From: Amphiscolops sp. MND2022
Taxonomy: Eukaryota
Assembly (NCBI GenBank): GCA_964187785.1
Contig: OZ076409.1
Coordinates: 58,778,001 to 58,842,000, forward strand
Length of the DNA: 64,000 bases
Reading direction: 5' to 3'
The position numbers and the translations under genes were made by a program. The notes beneath the pieces were generated by a model, which saw only the letters and a list, made by a program, of their open reading frames with translations, did no database searches and was not told the origin of the DNA. Positions 12,401 to 24,970 of the stretch are shown piece by piece. The number at the start of each line of letters is the position of its first letter. The stretch's first letter is position 1.

Positions 12401-13978
12401 TAGGGCTAGAAGTGTTGCCCTTTTTTTGACGGCATGACTCTTCGTAATTAATCAAGTTCCATGTGTTTCATCATGTTGAGGGGAGAAGACACACAACCGG
12501 GGTTTTTAACGAAATGAGGAAACCGACACCAGCCACTATCTCAATAGAACGGTAGCAACAAAAAAACGACCAGTATTTTCGCAAAAACTGTTTATACGGA
12601 TGGCACTTTCGGTTTGCAATTCTTGTGAAAAAGGCCTTGTTCGATGTAGTCGTTTCATATACTGGCATGTTTACTTGCCTGTTTCCAAAAATCTTTCACA
12701 ATTCTTGAGCCGAAAACTGGGGAACTGAGAATTTCGTGTCACTTGAGTCCGAGTGGAACATAGTTCTGTCAGTGTGACGTACGTTCTCATGTCAATGTCG
12801 AATACTTCGTCTTGGCGAAGAGGAGCAAAACACGTAATTCATAAAAAAAGGGAGAATGACAGAAACTGGAGCATCAACAGTTTCGTTTTGCAGCTCAAGT
12901 CTTTCTTTGGTAGAACTCAATTGCTTGCTTTCTGCTCAACATTTCTGGTGACCTTCAGATCGCTTTCCGATAGCTTTCATAAAGCAGAACTATTCTAATT
13001 AGTTGGAACAACCTAGCTGACATTAGCGTTTCTCCTATTTAGCAGTGGGTACAGCTGATGTTCTGCTTCAGAGCAAAATATTTTTCAGCCCTTTTCTTGG
13101 CATCATCGTCCCACGAAGGGGAGCTTGAGACAATGAGATCATTGTACTTCATGCTTTCGGCCTTTTCGATTGTGTTAGTACAGCTCGTGCTTCCCATCTC
13201 CTTGTCGCAACCACAGTTGTGCTAGAACCATTGGGCAGTTTTGAAGAAGCAGATTGTCAACTAACCCTGTTCGATAAAACATTACGAAATCTATAAATTT
13301 GTTCCTATAAATGAAATCAGTCATATGGCCTTATTTTTTATTAGTTTTCTGCGGTAAAAAATTCACTACACATTAAGTGATGCTTATTCGTTTGTTTGTA
13401 AGTCTTCAATTTCATTCACAACTGACTAGAAAAATGATTCATACTTAACAATTACAAAAGACTTGTCATTCGGATACAATGATCTGATCTGGTAATACAA
13501 CACTCTGGAGTTTAATGAATGATGAAAAAGTGTCGAAGTACGATTTTGATATATTTGCTATACTACATTGTAAGTATTTGATGTTATGTATATTTGTGAT
13601 TATGCGTAATTAAGCATATGCGTCGTCATACATATTATGGTGTGACGTACATACGATCTTAGACGTTTTTCACTAAGCGATTTCATACGTATTCTGAGAT
13701 TAGGCAAATACGATAAAATACAAAGTTTGCTTTCGGCGGTTTCTTCATACAGAGTAAAAGATTCACTATTCAACGTTCTATCAGTGTCGAATAAACGTCA
13801 TTAATTAGTTTTCTTTCATACCGCGTGTTCGTAACCTCTCATTTGCAAGAACAGCCCTTAGATTCCGCTGATATATATTTATTTGAAAGTCACGCAATTG
13901 TTTTTTTAGATTCTTTAGATAGAAATACGACGTTTTGACGTTATGATATCTACATCTTTTGAACAAATGACATCCTTA

Positions 13979-14452
13979 AACAAGCCGCGACCGGCCCAAG
14001 TTGGCGCCATATCTAAGGCTCAAACATAGTAAAAGGACTTCAAAGTGTCAAAGTATTCTCTTCTACAGCACCCAAAAAGTTCTTTGGGAGAAAAACGTCT
14101 CACAATGCCAAAAAAAGTTGAAGGGGGGACCTTTTGGGATTTTTCAACATCCATTTTGTCGCAAAACTCCAAAAATTGAAGTGGGACCCTTTTCGGAATT
14201 GATTTTCCAGAAAAAAGTCTCGCAATGCAAAAGAAAACTGAAAAGTGGGACCCGTTGGTCTCGTCCTGTATTGTGTTTTACACGGGAAACCTTTTTGGTT
14301 AAGTTCCATGACCAAGAGGGGCATATTTCAATTTTGTAAAACTTTTAGACGAACTATTTTGGTCACTTCAGGTGTATCGATAAAAAACACCGACTGAAAG
14401 CCATGACTATAGTTATGAAATCATTTAAGTTTTGAGAAAAGCGCCGATTAAA
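13979..14452 (-). mobile_element. HINE/DINE-like family copy (minus strand)
   Basis: Begins with the reverse complement of the 3' end (AAGCCGCGACCGGCCCAAGTTGGCGCC), ends AAGCGCCGATTAAAAA; GGGACCC units inside. Confidence 0.65.
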
Positions 14453-14679
14453 AAAACGATTTCATGCTGCGAATTATCAGAAAGTAACAATGCAGTAACC
14501 ATTGACATTCTTTCATAGAATATCTTTTGTTGAGATCAGTCGCTCCTTGAACTTTGTACCCGACGTTTCTGTAAACGAATCTTTGACCTTTGTTTCCTCT
14601 GCAATCGTTGACTTATCGTCCTTCATAGGAGAATTCAATTGTTTTCTCTGCCACGGTAACTATTTTTTACTCGAACCAG

Positions 14680-14950
14680 ATGGGAAAAAGAAGAAACAGG
14701 AATTCTAGAAGCCTAGAAAGTCCGTCTCCAGAGAGAGAAACAAGTGAAATACAAGTGACAGTCCAAATCAAGGTAATATACGTTTGGGGAAAGTTCTCAT
14801 CTCAAGGCCATAAAAGTTTAAGTGAAAACAGCCTGGGCTCTCAGTTGACCGAACCCAGCCACATTAGCATTGAAATGCAAGCATGAAGCCAGATAGTTGC
14901 GAAAAGGAACAACGAGAGAATCAAAAGAATGCAAACGCTTTTTTTCGAGC
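14680..14950 (+). mobile_element. Degenerate ORF fragment of a dispersed repeat (possibly gag-like leader); homolog at 55068-55640
   Basis: MGKRRNRNSRSLESPSPERETS...LTEPSHISIEMQA aligns with [22 protein letters not shown]...[11 protein letters not shown] at 55068; both copies are interrupted by stops. The gag assignment is a guess. Confidence 0.45.
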
Positions 14951-15854
14951 TGAAAATATGTTGAAGAAATAAAGGGTGTTAATAATGCACAAAACGGGTA
15001 CATATAGGGTGCGATATTTGGTCTGAGAAAAAAATTGAAACGAAAAAAACTAGCCAATGTAATGTCGGGCACTTTTTACTAGATAGCTTTTTGTGGATCT
15101 TTTTGACGCACACTGAACAAAAAGCCGTCCGGTTTTTGCGGACGATTAGCGCAGTAGTCTACCTTTGGTCTATGTGATGATATTATTTGATATTATTTTG
15201 AGACAACGAGCAGCCTGTCTCGAACCGAATTATCCAGAATCGAAAAGCGAAGCTGAATTCTATAGGATCGAATTATTCAGAGTCGAATTTTGATGCGTCG
15301 AAAGCGAATCTATTTATTCAGGAGTAAAATATAAATCTAGTAAATAAACAATTTTTACATCAGATTGTGAAAGTTGCAGGCGTGTAATTAGTTTCAATGT
15401 TCACGGCTTTTGTTCCAATTTCATTATGGTAGGTGTGAAAGCAACATCTAATTAATTTGGTAATTATCCACTTAAACTACAAAGCATCGACCAATACGCA
15501 GTTTACCAGTTTCGAAGTCGCTTGTTGAACTGTACTTCATATTTGAAGGTGACAAGAAAGGGACCTCCTTCTACGTCCACAATACGTTTCTGTTAAAAAA
15601 TGAATTACACAAGGATGTTCTTTCCCTGAAATGTAAAAACCCTTTTTGTAGCTGCACAGCTCAATTAGATTTTATCGGTCTCAAGACCTTCAATGACCAA
15701 AATCATATTCAAGCCTAAATGTTATGAATTGATGTTAGCTCTTGACACTTTTTGTGAGTTTTTCGTAGGGTTGAGCGAAATTAATCACCACATTGTTTAT
15801 ACGTAACGGAAAAGGACGCTTTTGAACAACATCCTAATTGACATCACTAGCGCA

Positions 15855-17784
15855 TAAGGTTGCAAATAAGCCGAGTTAAGCCAAGCCTGTTAAAGCTTGG
15901 CTTAGCTTGATGCTAAATTTTCACTCTTGAGCTTATCAAGCCAAGCTGACTAACGGCTTGACTTGATAAGCTATCCTAGAAAGTCCTAATAAGCTAAAAC
16001 ATTGTCTCAAAATATTCACTTTGACCAATATTTAAGACACATACATTGAGTTATAGTCAATGAGTTCAGTCTGTTACGATCTGGCGATACCACATCAGAC
16101 CCAGAACTAAACACTTCTTCCACTGGCACGCTTGTAGCTTGTCCGGCCAAATAGTCTCGAGCAATCTTTGATAAGACTGGATAAGAATTCGCATTAAGCT
16201 TCCACCATTCGACTGGGTTAATATCCGATGAACATTGAGGCAAATGAATATACTTTTCAATTACGTCGAAATTGGCATTTTTGCTTTGATTGCCGAAATT
16301 GGAAACTTTTGATAGAAAGTCGTTCATTGGATCCAAGTTTTTAACGCTTGGGTAGGGTGCACATATAGGTTCACAATCGGAATATCTTCGGAAAGCATCG
16401 CGGAGTGAACTTAAAACAGAATTTGTCCATGAAATGTCCCAATCAAGTTCGCGAAAAAAATCAAGATTTTCGAACTTTACGAACAAAGCAAATAATTTTT
16501 GCAATGGGATAGCTTCGCAATTCTTCGTTGAATTCGTCGTCTCTGATATCGAAATCATGAAAAGAATGAATTTGCGGAGGCTTCAATGGGCGCAGCAATT
16601 GACCAACAGCAAGATGAATTACGTGGGCAATGCATCGTACATGCGCCCATTCAGTCTGGATGGGTAAACTATCATTTCGGGATAGGTGCTCAACCTCACG
16701 CATCATGGTGTCATTATTGGTAGCGTTGTCAGTTGTTATATTCAAAGATTTCCCTTGAAGTTTGAAATCCTTTAAACATTCGTTTAATGTTATACCCAGA
16801 CGCTCTCCAGAATGCTCACCTTCAAAAACTTGAAAATGCAGTAATTGGCGCTTAAGTTCCCACTCTTAGTTTATCCAGTGGCATGTAATGCCCAAAAACG
16901 GAAGTTGGTTGCTGGAAGTCCATGCGTCGACAGTTATCGAAATTTTGGAGGTATTGTTTGCAAGCAAATCAACTATCTCGCTTTTCTTTTCAAGGTATAA
17001 TTTCTCCAATTCCTCGGAAACCATGTAACGGTTGGTTAATTTGGCATCTGAACGCAAAAAAGTAACGAGATTTTTGAATTCGGGCCATTCAACGCAACGA
17101 AACGGTAAATCATTTTTAAAAATCAATACTAAGAGGTAATGCATAAGTCCACCTCCTTTGAAAGGAGGGCTAACCTTTCCAATTTGTCCCCAATTCGATA
17201 ACCTTGTTTGGTTTGGAATTTCTGGATTCTTCAATCTGTTGTGCGACTTTTTTATGTGACGCATAAATGCAGAAGTAGCTGTTTTAAAGCTGAACGTTTT
17301 GCTGCAATAATTGCATTTACGAATATCAAACTCTTTGCCATCATCGCTTTTTTGGCGTTTAATTACGGTGCTATGCGCATGTGCTGCACTAGTTTTATTC
17401 CTTGATTGCTTCAAAGTTGGAGATTCAGTAACAATATCAACCGAACAAGATGATTCACTATCGCTACAATCAGTGTACGCAGCCATTTTGAACGAGAAAG
17501 AGTGTTTTAGTTTGCTTTGGTAAGGCAACAATGTAATTTGAACTCAGACATTTTATTGGATGAGAAGTTTTTGTTCACACTTAATTCGATGTATTCCGCA
17601 GCACGGAATTCCGCCAATCAATTTACAAGAGGCTTGTTTAACATTTAAAGCCAAGCCATTAATTGGGTTGGCTTATTGAGCTATTATTCAACTTGTTATA
17701 AGCTAAGCTTTTAATTGGCTCAGCTTGATCCGGCTTGAGCTTGGCTTAAAGCTGGTAAGCTGGCTTGGCTCACTTGCAAACTCT
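15855..17784 (-). mobile_element. hAT DNA transposon, defective and internally deleted
   Basis: Imperfect TIRs (TAAGGTTGCAAATAAGCCGAG; reverse complement of right end AGAGTTTGCAAGTGAGCCAAG), subterminal AAGCC/AAGCT arrays at both ends, transposase inside. No clear TSD. Confidence 0.9.
16016..17488 (-). pseudogene. hAT transposase pseudogene (BED zinc finger, DDE core, C-terminal dimerisation domain)
   Basis: BED finger CNYC...MRHIKKSH; DLPFRCVE; ITVDAWTS; TTDNATN; RCIAHVIHL; WWKLN...LSKIARDYLAGQATSVPVEEVFS. In-frame stop at 16866-16868 and a frameshifting deletion near 16465. Confidence 0.92.
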
Positions 17785-18341
17785 CTCAGCTTTTCATACA
17801 GGTATTTTGTTGTTCAATGATAATATACTGCAGTGGTGATGATACAAAAAATTGTCTCTTCCTTAGTTAATGAGGTATACAATGAAATCGGAATATCTTC
17901 GGGTTTTACCAATTTGTGATAGCTGTTGCTTTGGGGTTGCTTTCTGGGATCGAATTATCTAGGATCGAAAATGTTTCAGAATTGTCTAGGATCGAACTGT
18001 TATGCAATATTATATAGAATCGAACGATTGCGTTATGTTATCCAGAGTAGAAATCATTTAAGGGCAATAGTTGATTACGCGTCTTGAACTTAAGTAGCGT
18101 CTTGACTCTAATTGCCTTTACTTGCAAACTTTTTTGAAGATGGCCGCTTTTGAAACTAGTACCAAATTCGATCCCAGAAAGCAACCCCAAAGCAACAGCT
18201 ATCACAAATTGGTAAAACCCGAAGATATTCCGATTTCATTGTATACCTCATTAACTAAGGAAGAGACAATTTTCTGTATCATCACCACTGCAGTATATCA
18301 TCATTGAACAACAAAATACCTGTATGAAAAGCTGAGAGAGT
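17780..18341. repeat. Near-perfect inverted repeat, ~176-bp arms (17780-17956, 18165-18341), ~210-bp spacer
   Basis: ACTCTCTCAGCTTTTCATACAGG...CTGGGATCGAATT and its reverse complement, with very few differences. Confidence 0.95.
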
Positions 18342-19751
18342 CTAGCTTCAGAAGATGTGTCACTCGCGATATGCAAGTGCACTGATATCGACAAAGAACA
18401 CTAGCATGCTCATTGAAGAAGGCATTATCATCATGACACTTTTTGAGGTATTTTCGCACTTCTTTTTGCAGTCTTAAATACCCTATTGATTTATACCAAC
18501 CTTCGGAATTTGTCAAAAAATGTACCAAAGCTAACGAAATTTAGTCTAGGTGCAAACAAACTATTCAAAATTTTTGGCTTTTTTGGTGGTCGCATTAGCG
18601 CACTTTTAGTAGACTTTCGCCTAAAAAGTTCAAAGATCTACAATATACGAACCCAGTTTTAAGGCAACTTAATTCTCGGTGTGAAGTTCTTTAACTTGGG
18701 TATAAAATGGAACTTGACAAAATCATTTTCAAACGAGGCTCAATCAGCGACTTTTTCATTCCCAAGTTTTTTGAAACGACTGAAAAAGAAATGCAAATAT
18801 TGATCTGAATAATTTTTTTCAGTCGGAATGGTTGAGGTTATCGGTCAATTTCAGTTCTCGAGAAGAAAATCTACCGAATTAAATTGCCAAAAAATTGTTA
18901 TCCAGAACAGTTTCCCGAAAAAACGCGAAAGTTTTGTTTTATAAATGTCCAAAAAAGTCTACAAACTAAAAATTCCAGTTTCAATTTTTTTCAATTAATC
19001 AATTAAGTGCGACTATTCACGAGATCGAAGACAAAACGATCATATTTTCTGCATTTTCTTTTCAAGAGAAGTCATTAATGCTTTTGAAACTTCACAAAAA
19101 CCAAAAAACACTCCAATTGTGACCGCTTCGAACTTGTTTTCGAACCTTTGGCATATTTGTAATTTGTGAACTTCGCTCAAGACCTAAGACTCGTCTAACA
19201 GCTCGAACGAAGTTCATTAAGTTCAAAAATGACAAATACATACAAGTAGGTACTATGTTGCTCCTAGAATATTTTGGGCAGAAAAAATCTTGCTGCTCAC
19301 CGAGTGTCTTGTTTAATATGAAGCTCTCCGAGTTTTTCAAAGCTGAAATCAACAACTCTTAACTGTTTCGTTTTATTGTGTTTAAGATTCAAAATGTGCT
19401 GAAATTCAATTTGTTTTTAATACGTTTTCTTTTGATTGTTTGTTCAGTGTTCGTTTGTAGCAGCTAATTGCCTGCCTAATCAAACTGTAAAAAGCCACTC
19501 ATTCATTAATTTTGACCTCCATTAATGCTGTATCTCTTTTTTGAGAAGTCATTTTTCTGTGATAGCTGCAACTCTTCCCGCATTGCAGTCTCTGCTTCAA
19601 CACAACACTGAGTAATACAACAGAAGTCATCTGTGTTGAGATGGAGAGGCTGAAAGAAATTCGTTATCTGTAGCTAGGACATCAAATCTTCAAAGACAGC
19701 ATAACTGCAAAGGTAGTTTCACTAGTTTATCTAAACGCAGAAAGCAGCAAT

Positions 19752-22700
19752 TGTTGTATTCTGAGACTGAGGTATAGAAAGAGTGTGAAATATAATGCTT
19801 TCAATTTAGCAACTGTACTATACTAAAAGAATTGCAAAATGTATGTATGCATTTTAAACTGTTTTCTGAGTTTATTTACTAACAACTCGTAGTTTTAGAC
19901 TATGTATGTAAACCGAAGTACGGTAGGGGTCAATCTAACGGATAAACCGTATAACACTTCCTGCTCTGTCTCCTTCTTGGATTAGTCGAAGAGGGTTTTG
20001 GATCCTGGTGGTCCATGTGGTGGTCAGAACGTGGCCCTTGTGGCGCTAGTTCCGGGTCGCTAGGAATGAAGTCTGCCGGCTTCCTGAACAGTCTCCGGTT
20101 GCGGAGTTCCTTTATGTCGGTTCCACGTCGTTCCTGTAACAAATATAAATTCGTTCATTTACTATTTATATTTTAGCCCCAGAAATTTTCTGCGTATGGT
20201 ATACGGCCGTATCTATTTGGTTTATTTACATTTCGGTTCGAGCGCCGAATTATAGTTTCAGCATTCTCACCCGATATTCTCCGTCGGTATGGATTTGTAT
20301 CTTATCATCCTCCGGATTTGTCTGTATCGGGGCGTATTTACTATTTCGTTCGGTTAGGTTATTTCCGTCTTCCATGTTTGCTATTACCGAATTTTTCAAT
20401 GTTTGTATTGCTCGTTCTACCACTCCGTTTTCCGTATGTATTCGGGGTGTACAGTATGTTCCGTCTTTTACAAAACTCCCGGTATACGTTTGAGATAAAG
20501 GCGCCCCCTTTACAGGACCTAATTTTTTCCGGTATTCAGTATAAATTGAAATTACTTGATAGGAGTTGTGTCACTTTGTTTTTGTTCCCGAAGTTTTACA
20601 AATTTTCACAGTTGGCCATTCAATAAATCTATCCACCGTCTATAAAAATAAAGAACTGTTGTAGTTCTTTCACTCTGTTCGAATTTGTTCACGTTGTTTA
20701 TGTTCTCGAGTGTTCTATTCGTTTGTGATTGGTTCGTTTCTTGCTCATTTTGTGTCTCGGTACTGTTGTCGCGTTAGTTTGTTTTGTTTTCGGTGCGTTT
20801 TGATTGGTCGGCTAATAATAGTCCGTACTTCAAATTTAATTCGGCTTGTTCGGTCATTATGTTAATTACGTATTCTTCGTTGTTATTTTCTTCCGACGTG
20901 GCTCCCCTTACAGGAGTTCTGCTGGAATAATCTGTCAATTTCAAATTGCTACCAGCAATGTTGTACTGATATTTGAAAATGTGTTAATCGGTCCAAATAC
21001 TTTGTTAATCTCGAGGTATATTGCTTATTACACCTGTTTCGTTTAATTAATGGTCCTAATGCTTGGTGGTCCGTGTAGAGATTTTTTTCCGTAAAGATAA
21101 AATCGGAACTTTTCTAATCCCCACACAACTGCTAATACTTCTAGTTCACCGATAAAATACTTCTTTTCTGTTTTATTTAAATATCTGCTTCCGAATGCTT
21201 TCGGTTTTATGTTTTCATCATCTTGTTTCCGCCAAAGTGTTATTCCGAGTACGGTTGTGCTAGCGACCGTTGTTACTATGTTTTCCTTGTCTTTCACGTA
21301 ATGTGCTACTCATGGTCCTTCGGTTAACATCTGTTTTATCTTTCAGAAATCTTTTTGGTGTTCATCTTCCCATATTCATGGTTCATTTTTTTCAGAAGTG
21401 TTTTCAGCCGGTCTGTCCTTTCCGAAACTTTCGGTAGAAATTTTGCCATGCATTGTATAGAACCTAGAAGTGATTTCAGTTCTCTTGTATTTTCCGGTGG
21501 TTTTAGTTGTAGTATCGCTTCCACTTTTTCTTCGTTCGAGTCAATTCCGTTTTCATTGATTTTATGTCCCACCATTTTGTTTGGCTCATGAAGAATTCGG
21601 AATTCTTTTTACTCGCTCTGTATCCCGCATTCTCTAGTTTGTTCAAGATGTCAATTAATTTTTTATGGTGGTCTTGTTTACTTCCCCGGGTTACGACGGT
21701 TATGTCATATAACTATGCCGGTGTACTGTATTTGAATGTCCCTTCAAGTTTCTTTAAGATTATTGTGGGTGTATCAGCAAGCCCGTATAACCCTTCTTCG
21801 AGTCGGTTGTATCCACTGAATTTCCCTCCGGTTTTTGCGACCACTCATTGTTGGCTTGTCTCTTCGGATATTTTCATTTTTCCGTATGCGTTGTTGTCTA
21901 GATCTGTTTTAGATATGAACAAATGCATTGTCCGGTCGCGTGTGATGTCTACCGAAACTTGATTCAAAATATTTTCCATACTTGGCATGTGTGGTCTCAT
22001 TTTGATACAACTATCATTTAGTATCCGTGAGTCTAATGCTATTGTTACCGATTTATCACTTTCTACGGTTATTACCACAGGTAATAGAAAACAATCTTAA
22101 TCCACGTCGTTTGTTTGTTCTAGGTGTCCGAATTTTATCAGCTTCTCTAGTTTGTACCCCACATCTTCTCGTAGATGTAGGGGTACCGGTCTGGCTTTTT
22201 GTTTCATTGTGTAATGTCCCGCTTTCAGCTGGATGTTTATCTCGGTATGTTTCATTGTTTCATTGTTTTCAAAGAAGTTCAGAAATCTGTTGAAAATTTT
22301 CTCGAGTTCTGATTGGTTGTTCTCGGCCAATTATATTCTACCGATTGTTAATTGAACTTCGTCATCCAGTCCACTCCGTGTAAAGGTGTTATGTCTGTTT
22401 TTTTGGTTATTAGAATATCTATTTTTTGTTTGTTATTCTCGTATTTTGGGTTTACCGGAGTTTTTCACCGGAATTTTACTCCATTTTTGCTTTTGTCTTG
22501 CTGTTTGTTCGTAAATTTCTGCATTCCGGTTGATTTTAGAATTTCTTCCCCCTGCAGCATTTTTGTTATTGGTGATCCGGTGTCGATTATAAATTCTTTC
22601 TTTATCTCGTTTATCTTTACTGTTGCCGTATAGTGTTTGTTTTTCTCTTCGATTTTCTTTATTTCTTTTATTTGGTGGATGCTTTCGTTCGATTCACTTG

Positions 22701-23835
22701 ATGTTTCACTTCGGTCATCAGCTTGTTTTTTGGTTAGTTTTTTCACTGTCCCGTTGTTGATGTACTTCTGTCTGCACACTTTCGCATAGTGTCCTCTTTT
22801 TCCGCATTTGTTACAATTTGTTTCCATTGGTGGGCACTTGTGTACTGGTGTCCAATTCGATGTTCCGCAGAATATGCATGATCTAATTCCTGTCGGTCTA
22901 TTTCTCAATCGCGCACCGAATCTCCCCATTCTTTGCATCGGTTCTTCTTCTATCACGTGTTTTGCCAAATTTAGTACCTCCGGTATTAAGTTTTTCTTGT
23001 TCTTCTTCTCGTAGGTGTTCTGTTTGATCAGCTTGATTTCTTTCAGTTCTAGTGGTTTTTTTCATCAGTTTGTCTCGCTGTTCCTCGTGGTCGCTATCAT
23101 ATATTTGGATATCAACAACTGTTCGGCTGAGGCTGTGTTGAAGTTGCATTCTTTTTCAATTTCGATTAGTCTTCTCCACAATTCATCGGGTGATTCCTCT
23201 TCCGTTTGTCTGGCCCAAAAAATCTCCGCGGTTATGGTAAGTGTTGCGGTTTGGTAAATAGTACTCGGTGAATAACTGGATTAAATCTTTAATTTAATGC
23301 TGTCCGGTTCCGTTTTACATTCGGCTCGAGTTATTTGTTTTAGAGATTCTGGTCCCACTCCCCAAATAGAATCTTTTGAATGACTTTTTCTTTCGGCGTC
23401 CATCCGGATTCGGTAATTTCTTCTTCTTTTTCAGTGGTGCAATGTCTTTTGCCTTTGCTTTAGGTTCCGTACTATGTTTTTCTCGGCCATAAAATTTTTT
23501 GTTCAATTTAAAAGTTGGTTGATTGCGCCATGTTGTATTCTGAGACTGAGGTATTGAAAGAATGTAAAATATAATGCTTTCAATTTAGCAAAAAGTTTTG
23601 TTAAATTTAAAAATTGGCTGATTGCGCCATGTTGTATTCTGAGACTGAGGTTTAAAAACAGTGTAAAATATAAGGGCTTAAATTTAGCAACTGTACAAAA
23701 CTAAACGAATTGCAATAATGTATGTATGCAATTTAAACTCTTTTCTGAGTTTGTTTACTAACAACGCGTAGTTTCAGACTATGTTTGTAAACTGAAGCAC
23801 GGTAGGGGTCAATCAAACGGATGAATCGTATAACG
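19752..23835 (-). mobile_element. Ty3/Gypsy LTR retrotransposon, decayed, integrase largely deleted
   Basis: LTRs 19752-19956 and 23630-23835 (TG...CA/CG; about 24 differences in ~205 bp by hand count); TSD GCAAT/GCTAT; PBS TGGCGCAATCAGCC (tRNA-Ser-like) at ~23614-23629; purine tract beside 19957; gag knuckle CNKCGKRGHYAKVC, protease FIIDTGS, RT and RNase H (ELEVLAVVWGLEKFRFYLYG) in Gypsy order. Confidence 0.93.
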
Positions 23836-24173
23836 GCTATTTTATGAAACAATGTGACAGTCGAATCATTCTTGAAATCTTGAAATCTGCCGAATATGTT
23901 GAGAAAAGTCACAACAGCTAGCTGAAATTAGAAATTCAAGACTCTGCCCTCATTACACGTTCAAAAATCTAAATTTCTAAGTAGTGACTCCATCTAAATT
24001 GTTTTTGCCAATTCGTAAAACAATTAGTTTTTCTATATTTTTATGACTATAAATGGATGCATACAAATAGCTGCTGATTTAAGGTGGTTTTATAATTTTT
24101 AACGTCAAATTTTGCGTGTGGGGAAAGATGGAAATGTTCCGAGATCAACAGCTTCAATTTTGGCGTCTTTTTT

Positions 24174-24970
24174 AGTCGGCGCTTCATGAAGTGGAACGCG
24201 ACTAATATAGTAACTCTTTCTTTTCTATCCACACGAACTGACCAAAATGGTTTGCACCGTTTGACCTCGCGAACTGATCCAAAAAGGTTTTTCCTGTTTT
24301 TCCGCGTACATACCATACCGGGAGAGACCAAAGGGTCCCCCCTTTCAATTTTTTTCGGCACTGCGAGACTTTTTTTGGAATTTTTTTCCCCAAAGGGTCC
24401 CTCCCCCTTCAATTTTTTTGCTGTTTTGCGTCAGAATGGATGTTGGATAATCCCAAAGGGTCCCTCCTTTCAGTTTTTTTTTCGGCACTGTGAGATTTTG
24501 TTCCGAAAATAAAAATTTCCCCCTTCAATTTTTTGATGTTTTGCGACAGAATGGATGTCGAAAAACACCAAAGGGTCCCCCTTTCAGTTTTTCGGCATTG
24601 TGAGACTTTTTTCTAAAATTTTGTTCTCTCCAAAGGGTCCCCCCTTCAATTTCGTTGATATTTCACAACACAATGGGTGTTTAAAAACCCCAAAGGTCCC
24701 CCTTTCAGTTTTTCGGCATTGTGAGATTTTTTTTTCGAAAATTTGTTTTTTCTCCAAAAGGTCCCCCTTCAACTGCGACAAAAATGTTGACAATTTTGGA
24801 AATGTCCCCCATTTAGCGCTCCAGGGGCTCGCGCTAGCGGGCCCCGGCGCGCCACTCGGTCCATTTTTTTTGCTTTTTCGATTTTCGAGTACTGTAAATT
24901 GACACTTGGAAGTCCTTTTGCTATTTTTGAGCCTTGGATATGGCGCCGACTTGGGCCGGTCCCGGGTTGT
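24174..24970 (+). mobile_element. HINE/DINE-like family, best-preserved copy
   Basis: 5' AGTCGGCGC (24174-24182) is the exact reverse complement of 3' GCGCCGACT (24943-24951), followed by hairpin CCGG-TC-CCGG and TT; T-rich 5' flank; central ~60-bp repeats. Confidence 0.75.

Noticed and set aside
12840..13270. Protein-like minus-strand stretch (CGCDKEMG...KRAEKYFALKQN)
   Set aside because: Interrupted by stops, no family recognised, no consistent exon boundaries.
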